NCBI GenBank assembly: GCA_002683335.1
Contig: NYTE01000024.1
Location: forward strand, 3,611 to 67,610
From: Halieaceae bacterium
GTDB taxonomy: Bacteria > Pseudomonadota > Gammaproteobacteria > Pseudomonadales > Halieaceae
Direction: 5' to 3'
DNA: 64,000 bases
Shown: positions 32,825 to 42,332 of the stretch, in pieces
Layout of the letters: the number at the start of each line of letters is the position of its first letter
Position numbering within the stretch: position 1 is the stretch's first letter
Notes under the pieces: generated by a model
The model's input: only the letters and a program-made list of their open reading frames with translations
Database searches by the model: none
Told to the model about the DNA's origin: nothing
Made by a program: the position numbers and the translations under genes

Positions 32825-33917
32825 TCCTACTGCATCACAACGCGGTGCCGCTTTGATTATTGCAATGTTGGTCTTTGCTTTGGTAGCGGCGTTATTGGTC
32901 GGACTGCAGCGTGACTTTTCCCTCACGCTGCAACGTAGCGAGCAGCAGCTTTTCGCAGAACAGGCATGGGCTTATCTGATAGGCGCTGAAGGGCTTGCAC
33001 AATTGGCGCTGCAGGCAGACGGCAGGCAAGACGCCAAATCGGAATCTCCCACCGACCACATGGGTGAATTATGGGCACAACCGGCGGCACCTTACCTGTT
33101 AGAGGCAGGGGGCGTTATGAGGGGTCAGATTGAGGACTTACAAGGACGATTCAACCTCCATTTACTAGTTTCAGCGCCAACAGCGAACGATACCAGCGCC
33201 TCCGAGAACGCCGAGGATGCGGTTGGTGACGGTGTTGCGGACGAGGCTGAAACACGAAGTTCGGAAAGGACGGGGCAGGTAGCAGAAAAGCGTTGGTCGC
33301 CGGGCCAAAAACTGCTGATCCGGCTTTTGCAGTCACTTGGTGAGGAGGCGCTGTCGCTTGAGGAGGCAATGTCGTTGACCGAAGCGGTCAGTGATTTCAT
33401 CGATGCAGATGCAGACAAGCGCATTAATGGGGCCGAAGCTGACGATTATCGTTACGCAGATTTCCCCTATTTGCCGGCTAATAGTTCCCTCGCGAGTGTA
33501 AGTGAATTAAGGGCGGTCAAGGGCATGACGAGTGAAGTGTACGAGGCTTTGAGACCGTGGGTGACTGTGTGGCCGGAGGCAGGAGCGAAGATCAATATTC
33601 TCACCGCGCCTCTACCTGTTTTGAGAAGCCTAAACGCTGACGACCAATGGGAACCGCTGCCCCTCATTGAGTCTGAGCGGCTAATGACAATGCGAACCGA
33701 AGGGGAAATTACGAGTGTCGAAGACTTTCTCTCGGATCCAACATTCGAGGGCCAATCGGTAACGGACCTACAGACCCTCCTCGGTGTGCGCAGTAACTGG
33801 TTTCTGCTTGATGCCAGCGTGGATTTGGTAATGCGCGAGCGACACCTCTTCTCGGTGCTGACAAGAAAAGGGGGTAATGTGGCCTCGGCTGTTTTTCGTT
33901 CCGAGGGCGAGCTATGA
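32805..33917 (+). CDS. gspK: Minor pseudopilin GspK
   Basis: QRGAALIIAML, DLQGRFNL, DFIDAD, SELRAVKG, ININ-like KINILTA. Confidence 0.93.
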   Translation: MSCLNTDPTASQRGAALIIAMLVFALVAALLVGLQRDFSLTLQRSEQQLFAEQAWAYLIGAEGLAQLALQADGRQDAKSESPTDHMGELWAQPAAPYLLEAGGVMRGQIEDLQGRFNLHLLVSAPTANDTSASENAEDAVGDGVADEAETRSSERTGQVAEKRWSPGQKLLIRLLQSLGEEALSLEEAMSLTEAVSDFIDADADKRINGAEADDYRYADFPYLPANSSLASVSELRAVKGMTSEVYEALRPWVTVWPEAGAKINILTAPLPVLRSLNADDQWEPLPLIESERLMTMRTEGEITSVEDFLSDPTFEGQSVTDLQTLLGVRSNWFLLDASVDLVMRERHLFSVLTRKGGNVASAVFRSEGEL

Positions 33918-33960
33918 TGCGTCGCACACGAGCCAATCGAGGCGTGCGAGCTTTTTGCTC

Positions 33961-35121
33961 ATGACCCAGGGCAATTTCAACATTATTAGGTGGAATGAGG
34001 AGTTTTTGTCCTTTTTGCGTCCGGGTAATCAGCCCGAGCGCCTGGGGCACGAGCTTGTTCAGTTACCTGACAATACGTGTCTTGCGCTCCCGGCAGACAG
34101 TGTCAGAACGTTACCGCTGTCGGTTGCGCCTGAAGAAGTAAAGCATTTGCGCCGGGCGCTGCCCTTTATGCTCGAGGAAGCGCTTCTGGAGGATGTGGCG
34201 GAGCTGCATTTTGCCAATGAGCCCCTCGACAGTGATCGTCAGGCGGTAGCCGTAGTGCGACGGCAAACGATGAGTCAATGGATGTCCACGCTGCCTGAGG
34301 CCCTGAAGGAATTGCCTTGGGTGTCGGAAGCGCTTTGTCTGCCCTGGTCCTCGGGATATTGCACGCTGGTTTTTGAGACAGATCATGTTTTGGTCCGGTG
34401 GGGAGAAGCCAGTGGGAGCCGTATAGAGCGAAGCTTGCTGCCTGCGCTTCTGAATAGCCTCCCAACAGAGCACGTGTCGATTGTGGCTTATTGTAGTGAT
34501 GAAGATGTGGTGAGAGCGACCATCCCCGATGCACTTCATGATGGATTACAGATCCGCCAGGGCGGGTTATCTGAGGCGCTCTTGTTGGCGAGCACCGACA
34601 CGCCGGGACCCGACTTGCGCCAAGGGGAGTTCGCACCACGACTCCCTTTGGCACGTTGGTGGCGCTTGTGGCAACGGGTAGTCATTGCACTGGCGGCGGC
34701 AGTTGTGCTGAAAACGGGCGCGTCGGCCGTCGATTACGTCAATATGAAAAGGGAAGATGTTCGACTCCGTCAGGCTGTACAGCAGAGTTACCGGCGCGTG
34801 AACCCCAAAGGGGCGGTGGTCGATGTGGAGAAGCAGCTAAACAGGCAGTTGGCGGAGATGGGTGCAGTGGGCACGCACGGCGCGTTTACGCCGGTACTTG
34901 TTGAACTGCTGTCTGCTCTGGCTGAGGTAGGGGATATTGAGCTGACCTCCGTTAATTATACGGGTGGGAAAGACATGCGGGTTAATTTTTCTGCGCCGGA
35001 TTTCCAGACGGTTGAACGCGTTAGGTTGGCACTTGAAGCGCGCTCCTTTAACGCCGAACTGGAGAACTCTAACGCTCGTAAAGAGGGTGTCGTCGCTCGC
35101 CTAAGGGTGGAGAATCGTTGA
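33961..35121 (+). CDS. gspL: Type II secretion protein GspL
   Basis: ALPFMLEEALLEDVAELHFA, DLRQGEF followed by a TM; start approximate. Confidence 0.9.
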   Translation: MTQGNFNIIRWNEEFLSFLRPGNQPERLGHELVQLPDNTCLALPADSVRTLPLSVAPEEVKHLRRALPFMLEEALLEDVAELHFANEPLDSDRQAVAVVRRQTMSQWMSTLPEALKELPWVSEALCLPWSSGYCTLVFETDHVLVRWGEASGSRIERSLLPALLNSLPTEHVSIVAYCSDEDVVRATIPDALHDGLQIRQGGLSEALLLASTDTPGPDLRQGEFAPRLPLARWWRLWQRVVIALAAAVVLKTGASAVDYVNMKREDVRLRQAVQQSYRRVNPKGAVVDVEKQLNRQLAEMGAVGTHGAFTPVLVELLSALAEVGDIELTSVNYTGGKDMRVNFSAPDFQTVERVRLALEARSFNAELENSNARKEGVVARLRVENR

Positions 35122-35585
35122 TGAGGATTTGGTTTGAGGCGCTGTCCCGGCGCGATCAGGTGGCGTTGCTCATGCTCGGTGGGGCACTGGTAGCATGGCT
35201 TTTTATTCAGGTGGTCGTGATCGAATTAGATGGACGGCGCGCGCATTTGGTTCGTGCCAATCAATTACTGTCCGAGCAGCTGGTTCGCGTTGATTTCAAA
35301 GTCGAGCAATTGGCTGTCTTGCGTGCGGGAGACGGCGGACGGCGAGTCAATTTAACGCAAACACTGAGTCAGGCAAGCGACGCGAACGGTCTGGCGGTTA
35401 AGCGTCTGCAACCGAATAGTCGTGGCGAGGTTCAGATTCGATTCGAGGGAGTGGCCTTTGACGGTTTGCTGCGATTTCTTGAGCAGATTGAGGGGAGTTC
35501 GGGTCTTCGTGTGATGGATGCCTCGGTCATCAGCGCAGGGCGTGATGGTGGTGTAAACGCAACCCTTCGCGTAGCGAGTAACTGA
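35121..35585 (+). CDS. gspM: Type II secretion protein GspM
   Basis: WFEALSRRD plus TM, RLQP, FDGLLRFL; position in operon. Confidence 0.88.
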   Translation: MRIWFEALSRRDQVALLMLGGALVAWLFIQVVVIELDGRRAHLVRANQLLSEQLVRVDFKVEQLAVLRAGDGGRRVNLTQTLSQASDANGLAVKRLQPNSRGEVQIRFEGVAFDGLLRFLEQIEGSSGLRVMDASVISAGRDGGVNATLRVASN

Positions 35586-35588
35586 GGG

Positions 35589-36335
35589 GTGGCCCTTATT
35601 AGGCGACGTTGGGGCATGATCGTGGGTGCCGCGTTTTTGCTGCTGTTGATCTTTCAGATACCGGCCGGTGCGGTACGTTTGCTTCTGCCTGCACAAGCGG
35701 GTGTGAGTGGTCTCTCGGGAACCCTCTGGTCAGGCCAGGCAATCAGATGCTGGTGGGGGACAACCGATAAAAACATTATGCTGGGCCATGTGGCGTGGCG
35801 CATTGAACCGTGGAAATTGTTTTGGAACACCCCTCTATCGTTTACCAGTGAGTGGGGGGCACAGCGATTTGAGGCCCGTTTGGGTTACTTGCTGGGAGGA
35901 AGTTGGAGCCTCACTGATACCAACTTGGATTTTGATGCCCAGATTTTGAGCGAACTTCTGCCGCTTTACATTGATGGTCGCTTTTCCGGTCGGTTTTCCA
36001 GCGTCGAATTTGAGGGTGGTCAATTACGACGAGCATCGGGCAAAGCGATACTTGAGGGCGCTGTGTGGACGGCTCAATCCGGCGATATTCCTTTGGGTAA
36101 CTATCACCTTGATATTGGCACAGCCAGCGCAGATGGCGAAGTAGTGGGTGTTATGAAGACGCTGGGTGGTGCATTACAACTGGCGGGTAACTTGGTACTC
36201 CGGCCCACGTCCTATCAGGTCGCGGTGCAGGCTTCAGGCCCAGTTGCATTTGATGAGAGTTTTCGCGGCGCGGTCGCCATGTTGGCAACACCCACATCGG
36301 CGGGTTTCGATATTAACTTGCAAGGGACCTATTGA
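35589..36335 (+). CDS. gspN: Type II secretion protein GspN
   Basis: IPA, GLSGTLWSGQA, LGNY; last gene of the gsp operon. Confidence 0.87.
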   Translation: MALIRRRWGMIVGAAFLLLLIFQIPAGAVRLLLPAQAGVSGLSGTLWSGQAIRCWWGTTDKNIMLGHVAWRIEPWKLFWNTPLSFTSEWGAQRFEARLGYLLGGSWSLTDTNLDFDAQILSELLPLYIDGRFSGRFSSVEFEGGQLRRASGKAILEGAVWTAQSGDIPLGNYHLDIGTASADGEVVGVMKTLGGALQLAGNLVLRPTSYQVAVQASGPVAFDESFRGAVAMLATPTSAGFDINLQGTY

Positions 36336-36465
36336 GACCTGCGCGTGACGTGCGGTACACGGTGCCTGTGTCGGCGTGCATCGCCACAAGTTTCAGCGTG
36401 GCACCCTCAATTTTGATGAGTGCTTGCGAACGGCCAAAAGAAAGACAGTGAAAGGAGGCCCACTT

Positions 36466-37809
36466 ATGGGGTCAGCAGGCAATGCAGTGTGGTCCAGTCG
36501 TTTTGCTTTCATTATGGCGTCGGTGGGATTTGCCGTCGGGTTGGGCAATATCTGGCGCTTTCCCTATGTGACGGGTGAAAACGGTGGCAGTGCCTTTGTT
36601 GCGATCTACCTACTCTGCACATTGTCGATAGGGGTCCCGTGCCTGATGGCGGAGTTAATTGTTGGACGTCGTGGTGGTGGGAGTCCACCACGCTCTATGG
36701 CAATGGTTGCTCGACAGTCCGATCGCAGCGCTAATTGGATGATCGTCGGCGGCATGGGGGTATTGACGGCCTACACGATCGCGATCACCTATGCTGTTGT
36801 AGTGGGCTGGGTGCTCTGGTATCTGGGACGCGCGCTCATGACTGGCTTCGTGGGTTTTGACTCAGGCGTAGCAGACAGCACTTTTGCAGGATTGCTCGGT
36901 GACAACCAGTCGATGGTGATCTGGACACTGATAGGCAATCTGATCGTCGGTTGCATCATCTATGCCGGCATTACAGCGGGCATTGAACGTGCCGTAACCA
37001 TCATGATGCCACTGATGTTCACACTTCTGATCGGGCTAAGTATTTATAACTATTTTGCCGGCGGCTTCTACGAAACCCTCCAGTGGCTGTTCACGCCCGA
37101 CTTCAGCAAGGTGACAGGAGCTACTTTTCTCGCTGCGGTGGGGCAGGCTTTTTTCTCAATTGGTGTTGGCATGGGGGGCATGATGACCTACGGGGCTTAC
37201 TTGCCGCGCGATTTTTCTATTGCAAAAGGTGCGGCGACGATTGTCATGGCCGATACGCTCGTAGCCTTACTGGCCGGATTTGTCGTATTCCCCGCGGTGT
37301 TTCATTTTGGACTCGACATGGCGGGTGGTCCGGGTTTGATTTTCCAAACGTTGCCGGTCGCGTTTGCACAGATGCCAGGTGGAGGCATCTTCTCGGTTTT
37401 GTTTTTCATTATGTTGGCTGTCGCGGGGGTCACCTCAATGGTGGGTCTGTTGGAAAGCGTCACCAGCTGGACTCAGGAAAAGCTGGATATATCGAGGCAG
37501 CGCAGTACGCTATTGGTGGTTGGATCGGTGACCTGTTTCAGTGTCGTTTCGGTGCTCAGTTATAACATCTGGGAGGATTATCGATTATTGGGCATGAACT
37601 TCAATGAGTTAACAGAAGCGCTTTATGACAAGCTGTTGTTGCCACTCGCGGGATTACTGGTCGCGCTCTTTACAGGGTGGTTCATGCATCGGGAGCACAG
37701 TGAAGATGAGCTAAGAGATGACCATAGATGGTTCGATCTATGGCGCGGATTGACCCGTTGGGTCGTGGTGCCAGCAGTTGCACTGATTCTCATTAAGGGA
37801 TTGTTCTGA
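36466..37809 (+). CDS. Sodium-dependent transporter, neurotransmitter:sodium symporter (NSS/SNF) family
   Basis: WSSRFAFIMASVGFAVGLGNIWRFPY, GQAFFS; SD AAAGGAGG before ATG 36466. Confidence 0.94.
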   Translation: MGSAGNAVWSSRFAFIMASVGFAVGLGNIWRFPYVTGENGGSAFVAIYLLCTLSIGVPCLMAELIVGRRGGGSPPRSMAMVARQSDRSANWMIVGGMGVLTAYTIAITYAVVVGWVLWYLGRALMTGFVGFDSGVADSTFAGLLGDNQSMVIWTLIGNLIVGCIIYAGITAGIERAVTIMMPLMFTLLIGLSIYNYFAGGFYETLQWLFTPDFSKVTGATFLAAVGQAFFSIGVGMGGMMTYGAYLPRDFSIAKGAATIVMADTLVALLAGFVVFPAVFHFGLDMAGGPGLIFQTLPVAFAQMPGGGIFSVLFFIMLAVAGVTSMVGLLESVTSWTQEKLDISRQRSTLLVVGSVTCFSVVSVLSYNIWEDYRLLGMNFNELTEALYDKLLLPLAGLLVALFTGWFMHREHSEDELRDDHRWFDLWRGLTRWVVVPAVALILIKGLF

Positions 37810-37814
37810 TCGCC

Positions 37815-39218
37815 ATGCTGTTAGCGATTACCGATTGGCTGTGGTCCTACGTATTGATAGCAGCGCTACTGATGGTGGGCCTGCGGTTCACACTCGGATC
37901 CAGAGTGGCTCAGCTTCGGTTATTCCGACGGGCATTGAGTGTGCTATCAGATATTGAGTGGCGCGGTTCTGACCGGGGTATATCGAGTTTCCAGGCGCTG
38001 GTGGTGAGCATTGCCGGACGAGTGGGCGGAGGCAATATCGCGGGTGTGGCGGTCGCCATCACCTTAGGGGGTCCCGGTGCCTTGTTCTGGATGTGGCTGA
38101 TCGCCCTTCTGGGGATGGCCACCAGCTTATTTGAGTGCGCATTGGCGCAGCTCTACAAGAGGCGTGATGGTTCCGATACTTTCCGTGGCGGGCCTGCCTA
38201 TATGATGCGTTACGGTCTCGGCTGGCGGATCCTGCCGATTATCTACAGCGTATTGCTTATGACCACTATCGGCTTTGGATTTAATGCAGTTCAAAGCTAT
38301 GTCGTAACGACTTCAATCGAATCCGCTTTTGGTGTGCCGCCCCTAGTCAGTGGCCTTGTTATGACCTCTGCAATGGCGGTTATTCTCTTTGGGGGTATTC
38401 GTCGACTGGCTTTTTTTGCCGAGGTTGTTGTTCCTATAATGGTAGTGGGGTATCTGCTGATCGCATTGATGGTGTTGGCATTGAATGCCTCCGCGATACC
38501 GCAAGCACTGGGTTTGATTTTTACTTCGGCCTTCGGCTTGGAGCAGGCTGTTGGCGGAGGGATTGCGGCAGCGATTACTCAGGGGGCGCGTCGCGGCCTT
38601 TTCTCAAATGAGGCGGGGTTGGGCACCGTACCTAATGTCGCCGCTGCCGCTGATGTACCCCATCCAGTCACACAGGGATTAGTGCAGTCGCTAAGTGTTT
38701 TTATTGACACCATCGTTCTATGCACTGCCACGGCATTGATCATATTGCTGTCTTCTGTGTATCAGCCAGATGCTCAGGGTGTTCAGGGCGTTATCCTGAC
38801 TCAAATGGCGGTAGCTGAGCACCTGGGGGCCATTGGTGAGCCGATAGTCAGTATCGTCCTAGTTCTGTTCGCCACGACGACGATTGCCTATAACAGTTTT
38901 CTGGGAGAGAACAGCATCGCGTATTTTGGGAAAGCGGGCGGTCGCCCTGTGCTGATTTTCAGAGTCAGTGTCTTGGCGTTGATTGCCTGGGCATCTGTGC
39001 AGGATCTCAGCACTGTATTTGGTTTCGCGGATCTGACAATGGCCCTACTGGCGTTAGTCAACTTGTTGGCGCTATGGGCTCTCTATCCTGTTGCGATGAG
39101 GTTGATGTCTCAATTTGAAGATCAGGTTAACGCGGGTGAGTCCCCCCGATTTGGTGTCGACCAGCTTCCCGATCAGACGCTGGATCTCGAGAGTTGGCCG
39201 CCTCAGCAGACTCATTGA
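37815..39218 (+). CDS. Alanine/glycine:cation symporter (AGCS family)
   Basis: SSFQAL, GNIAGVA, GGPGALFWMW, RGGPAY, RGLFSNEAGLG. Confidence 0.95.
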   Translation: MLLAITDWLWSYVLIAALLMVGLRFTLGSRVAQLRLFRRALSVLSDIEWRGSDRGISSFQALVVSIAGRVGGGNIAGVAVAITLGGPGALFWMWLIALLGMATSLFECALAQLYKRRDGSDTFRGGPAYMMRYGLGWRILPIIYSVLLMTTIGFGFNAVQSYVVTTSIESAFGVPPLVSGLVMTSAMAVILFGGIRRLAFFAEVVVPIMVVGYLLIALMVLALNASAIPQALGLIFTSAFGLEQAVGGGIAAAITQGARRGLFSNEAGLGTVPNVAAAADVPHPVTQGLVQSLSVFIDTIVLCTATALIILLSSVYQPDAQGVQGVILTQMAVAEHLGAIGEPIVSIVLVLFATTTIAYNSFLGENSIAYFGKAGGRPVLIFRVSVLALIAWASVQDLSTVFGFADLTMALLALVNLLALWALYPVAMRLMSQFEDQVNAGESPRFGVDQLPDQTLDLESWPPQQTH

Positions 39219-39222
39219 CGAG

Positions 39223-40299
39223 TCACTGCACTTCTGAGAGTTCCACCTTGAATTGCCGCTCTGTTCCCTCTCGCGTGGTTGTAATCCTGATGGTATCCCC
39301 CACCTGATGTGCTTCCATCGCAGATAGGAACTCGTCGTTACTTGCGACCTGTTCACCATCGATATGGGTAATGACATCCCCCAGAATCACCTCACCTCTG
39401 CTACCTCTGCGTGCACCAACCATACCGGCATCGTCGGCCGGAAAACCGCGGTAGGTCCGAACGATGGGAACACCCTCAACCCGGTAGCGACGCAACCAGC
39501 GATCAGAGGCAAGTTCTACGCCTAAAACCGGTCTCATGATTTTTCCAAAGGCAATGAGTTGCGGTACTACCTCAATGACTGTGTTAACTGGGATTGCAAA
39601 GCCAATGCCAGCGCTACCGCCGCTGGGTGAATAAATTGCAGTATTGACTCCGATCAGTTGGCCGAGAGAGTTCAGCAGAGGCCCCCCAGAATTGCCGGGG
39701 TTAATTGCAGCATCGGTTTGAATCACCCCGCGAATGGTGCGGTTACTGGGGGACTGGATCTCGCGATCCAGAGCGCTCACCACCCCGACAGTCAAAGAGG
39801 TATCAAGGCCAAAGGGGTTCCCAATCGCCAATACCTTCCTGCCCACCGACAACTCAGAAGAATCTCCCAGCGGCAGTGCCGTGAGTGAGGGAGGGGGATC
39901 CATCAGTCGCAGCACGGCCAAATCCCGCTCGGGGGCGTAGCCGACCACTTCGGCCTGAAATGCCTCCTCATCTTGCATGGTGATGGTAAGGCGGTCTGCG
40001 CCTGCCACCACGTGATAATTTGTCACTACTAGGCCTGAAGCGGCATCCCATATGAAACCTGACCCCGCTCCGCGCGGTATTTCCATAATGTTGCGCGTAA
40101 AGCGCTGCCGGCGCAGTTCGCTTGACGTCACAAAGACAACGGCAGGGCTGGCCTTTTGAAACACTTCTGTGGTGTTCGCTTCGTCATCTGTGGCAAAGCT
40201 GAGGTAGTCGGGCGCGCTTTCAGCGCTGGCGACGCCCAGCGGGGACAGCAATACCATCGCCAGCAGGCGCAAACCCAGGCTCGCTTTACCGAGCATCAT
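39223..40299 (-). CDS. DegP/HtrA-type trypsin-like serine protease with one PDZ domain and signal peptide
   Basis: TNYHVV, RDLAVL, QTDAAINPGNSGGPLL catalytic triad; C-terminal PDZ. Confidence 0.93.
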   Translation of the reverse strand: MMLGKASLGLRLLAMVLLSPLGVASAESAPDYLSFATDDEANTTEVFQKASPAVVFVTSSELRRQRFTRNIMEIPRGAGSGFIWDAASGLVVTNYHVVAGADRLTITMQDEEAFQAEVVGYAPERDLAVLRLMDPPPSLTALPLGDSSELSVGRKVLAIGNPFGLDTSLTVGVVSALDREIQSPSNRTIRGVIQTDAAINPGNSGGPLLNSLGQLIGVNTAIYSPSGGSAGIGFAIPVNTVIEVVPQLIAFGKIMRPVLGVELASDRWLRRYRVEGVPIVRTYRGFPADDAGMVGARRGSRGEVILGDVITHIDGEQVASNDEFLSAMEAHQVGDTIRITTTREGTERQFKVELSEVQ

Positions 40300-41177
40300 G
40301 GATTACTCAAGGCGCGGATGCGATCATCAAGTGGGGGATGCGATCTAAAAGGGGCGTCGAGGCCCGTGCCGCCACCCGATCGGATCCCGAAGGCCGTGAG
40401 CTCACCCGGTAAGTCGTCAGGTAAGCCTTGCTCAGCTTTTAAGCGCTGCAGCGCTGCGATCATACTGGCGCTGCCTGCCAACTGAGCGCCTGACGCGTCG
40501 GCGCGGAACTCGCGGTGGCGAGAGAACCACATGACAACCGTGCTGGCAAGGATGCCAAGCACGACCTGGGCGACAACAGTTACGACATAATAGCCGATGC
40601 CGTAGCCACGCTCAGTTTTAAATACCACTCTGTCAACGGTGTGGCCAATGATGCGCGCAAAGAACATCACGAAGGTATTCACCACGCCCTGTATCAGGGT
40701 CAGGGTAATCATGTCGCCATTGGCGACGTGACCAATCTCATGGGCCAGCACAGCGCGCAATTCACCCTCTTCGAAACGACGCATTAAACCGGTGCTGACC
40801 GCCACGAGGGCGTTGTTGCGGTTCCAGCCTGTCGCGAATGCATTTGCGGCGTCAGAGGGGAAAACCCCTACTTCTGGCATGCCAATTCCCGCTTCCTGAG
40901 ATAGCGATTTTACCGTATCGAGGAGCCATTGCTCTTCGTGATTACGAGGCGTCTCGATGATGCGAGCCCTGGTGCCGCGCTTGGCCATGTACTTCGATGC
41001 GAGCAACGACACGAATGATCCAAGAAAACCAAAAAGAGCGCAGAAAATCAGCAGACTGTTCAAGTTAAGATCGACACCATTTGTGGACAGGATGCCTTCG
41101 AGGTCCAGTAAGTTGAAGACAAGGCTGACCAATACCATGACGGCGATATTCGTTGCGAGGAACAACAGTATTCTCAT
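40296..41177 (-). CDS. htpX: Membrane zinc protease HtpX
   Basis: MRILLFLATN, NAFATG, HEIGH, SRHREFRAD, SHPPL. Confidence 0.97.
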   Translation of the reverse strand: MRILLFLATNIAVMVLVSLVFNLLDLEGILSTNGVDLNLNSLLIFCALFGFLGSFVSLLASKYMAKRGTRARIIETPRNHEEQWLLDTVKSLSQEAGIGMPEVGVFPSDAANAFATGWNRNNALVAVSTGLMRRFEEGELRAVLAHEIGHVANGDMITLTLIQGVVNTFVMFFARIIGHTVDRVVFKTERGYGIGYYVVTVVAQVVLGILASTVVMWFSRHREFRADASGAQLAGSASMIAALQRLKAEQGLPDDLPGELTAFGIRSGGGTGLDAPFRSHPPLDDRIRALSNP

Positions 41178-41210
41178 ACGACACGCATCCTTCTTACTGA
41201 TCGGCAGACC

Positions 41211-41507
41211 TTAAGTAGTGGGGTCGCCTTCTGCGTTTTCAAGCGGCATGTCTGTTTCCACGCCATCATTTATTGGCAGAGGGTGGTCGCTGATAGCGAG
41301 GTTTTTCGGCTTGCCATTCTCGACCTCCGTACTGAGCACTTCTCCACGAAGGTCAGTATCTTTGGATCCCAATTCAAAAAGGGTATTGATGGCGGCATCA
41401 CGGAAGTCCCAAATGGCTACCTGGCCATTGTGGGTCCCGATTATCCAATGTCCCGCCTTCCCCCAGTAGTGCCCCTTCTGGTTGCGAATGACAAATGCGC
41501 CGCTCAT
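41211..41507 (-). CDS. Hypothetical protein (98 aa)
   Basis: Strong SD GAGGAG; fills the gap between the J-protein and htpX, co-oriented. Confidence 0.7.
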   Translation of the reverse strand: MSGAFVIRNQKGHYWGKAGHWIIGTHNGQVAIWDFRDAAINTLFELGSKDTDLRGEVLSTEVENGKPKNLAISDHPLPINDGVETDMPLENAEGDPTT

Positions 41508-41555
41508 TAATGGCTTCTCCTCAACAGACGTTGTGCGTTCTACCGCTATGACAAC

Positions 41556-42272
41556 TCAGCGCAACAAAAAATCCTTGGCCTCGTTAATTTTTGCTGCCAG
41601 ATAATCATTGCCACCCCGATCGGGGTGGAGTTTTTGAATCAGCGTTCGGTGTGCAGCGATGATGTCTGCCTCACTGGCCTCTTCGCTTAGACCCAGAATC
41701 GCGAGCGCCTCGCTTCGAGAAAGCCCTATGGTGTTGGCACCGGACACGCTGCTTTCTCTCTCACTTTGGTGATCATCTTCAGGGAAGCGTTGATCCATAT
41801 AGCTTGTGAGTAACTGCGCAGAATCAGTATCCTCTTGTTGACAATAGTCAAGCAGGGCATCCAATTGGGATCGGTCCAGCTCCGAGAGCAGCCAATCTTT
41901 GTAAGCGCCTTCAAGCACAACGCCACTAAGCTCGCCGTTATCATGATCCAATGTCATTTTGATTAGGCGTGCACTGACTTCTGACTTTTTTCCCGCGGCG
42001 GTGGATGCTTGCGCGCGCCACTGACTGAGAAAGGGAAGCAGGCGCAATATAACGGGCAGCATTTGCCGGGCGACGACCAGCAGGCCAGTGAGGGCCGCGC
42101 CAACCCAATGCATTTTGCCCATGAGGGTCAGAATGATCACGCCGACTACGGCACCACCCAGTATTATCTGCAGATAAGCGCCCCGGCGCTTGTGTGGCGG
42201 TTGGCGTTGCGCTTGTCTGATTAAGAGGCCCAGCGTAATGGCAACGGCGAGTAACAGAATGATTCTCGGCAC
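41556..42272 (-). CDS. Membrane-anchored C-terminal J-domain protein (Pam18/Tim14-like J domain)
   Basis: N-terminal hydrophobic helices; EALAILGL...LHPDRGGNDYLAAKINEAKDFL. Confidence 0.9.
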   Translation of the reverse strand: MPRIILLLAVAITLGLLIRQAQRQPPHKRRGAYLQIILGGAVVGVIILTLMGKMHWVGAALTGLLVVARQMLPVILRLLPFLSQWRAQASTAAGKKSEVSARLIKMTLDHDNGELSGVVLEGAYKDWLLSELDRSQLDALLDYCQQEDTDSAQLLTSYMDQRFPEDDHQSERESSVSGANTIGLSRSEALAILGLSEEASEADIIAAHRTLIQKLHPDRGGNDYLAAKINEAKDFLLR

Positions 42273-42332
42273 GGCTTATGCGGCTCCTGTCTATAGGTTG
42301 GGATGGTGAATGATATCCGTTTTGTGCGTTGG

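Noticed and set aside
36336-36465. Glycine riboswitch ahead of the amino-acid symporters
   Set aside because: No GGAGA...CCGAAG...CUCUCAGG elements
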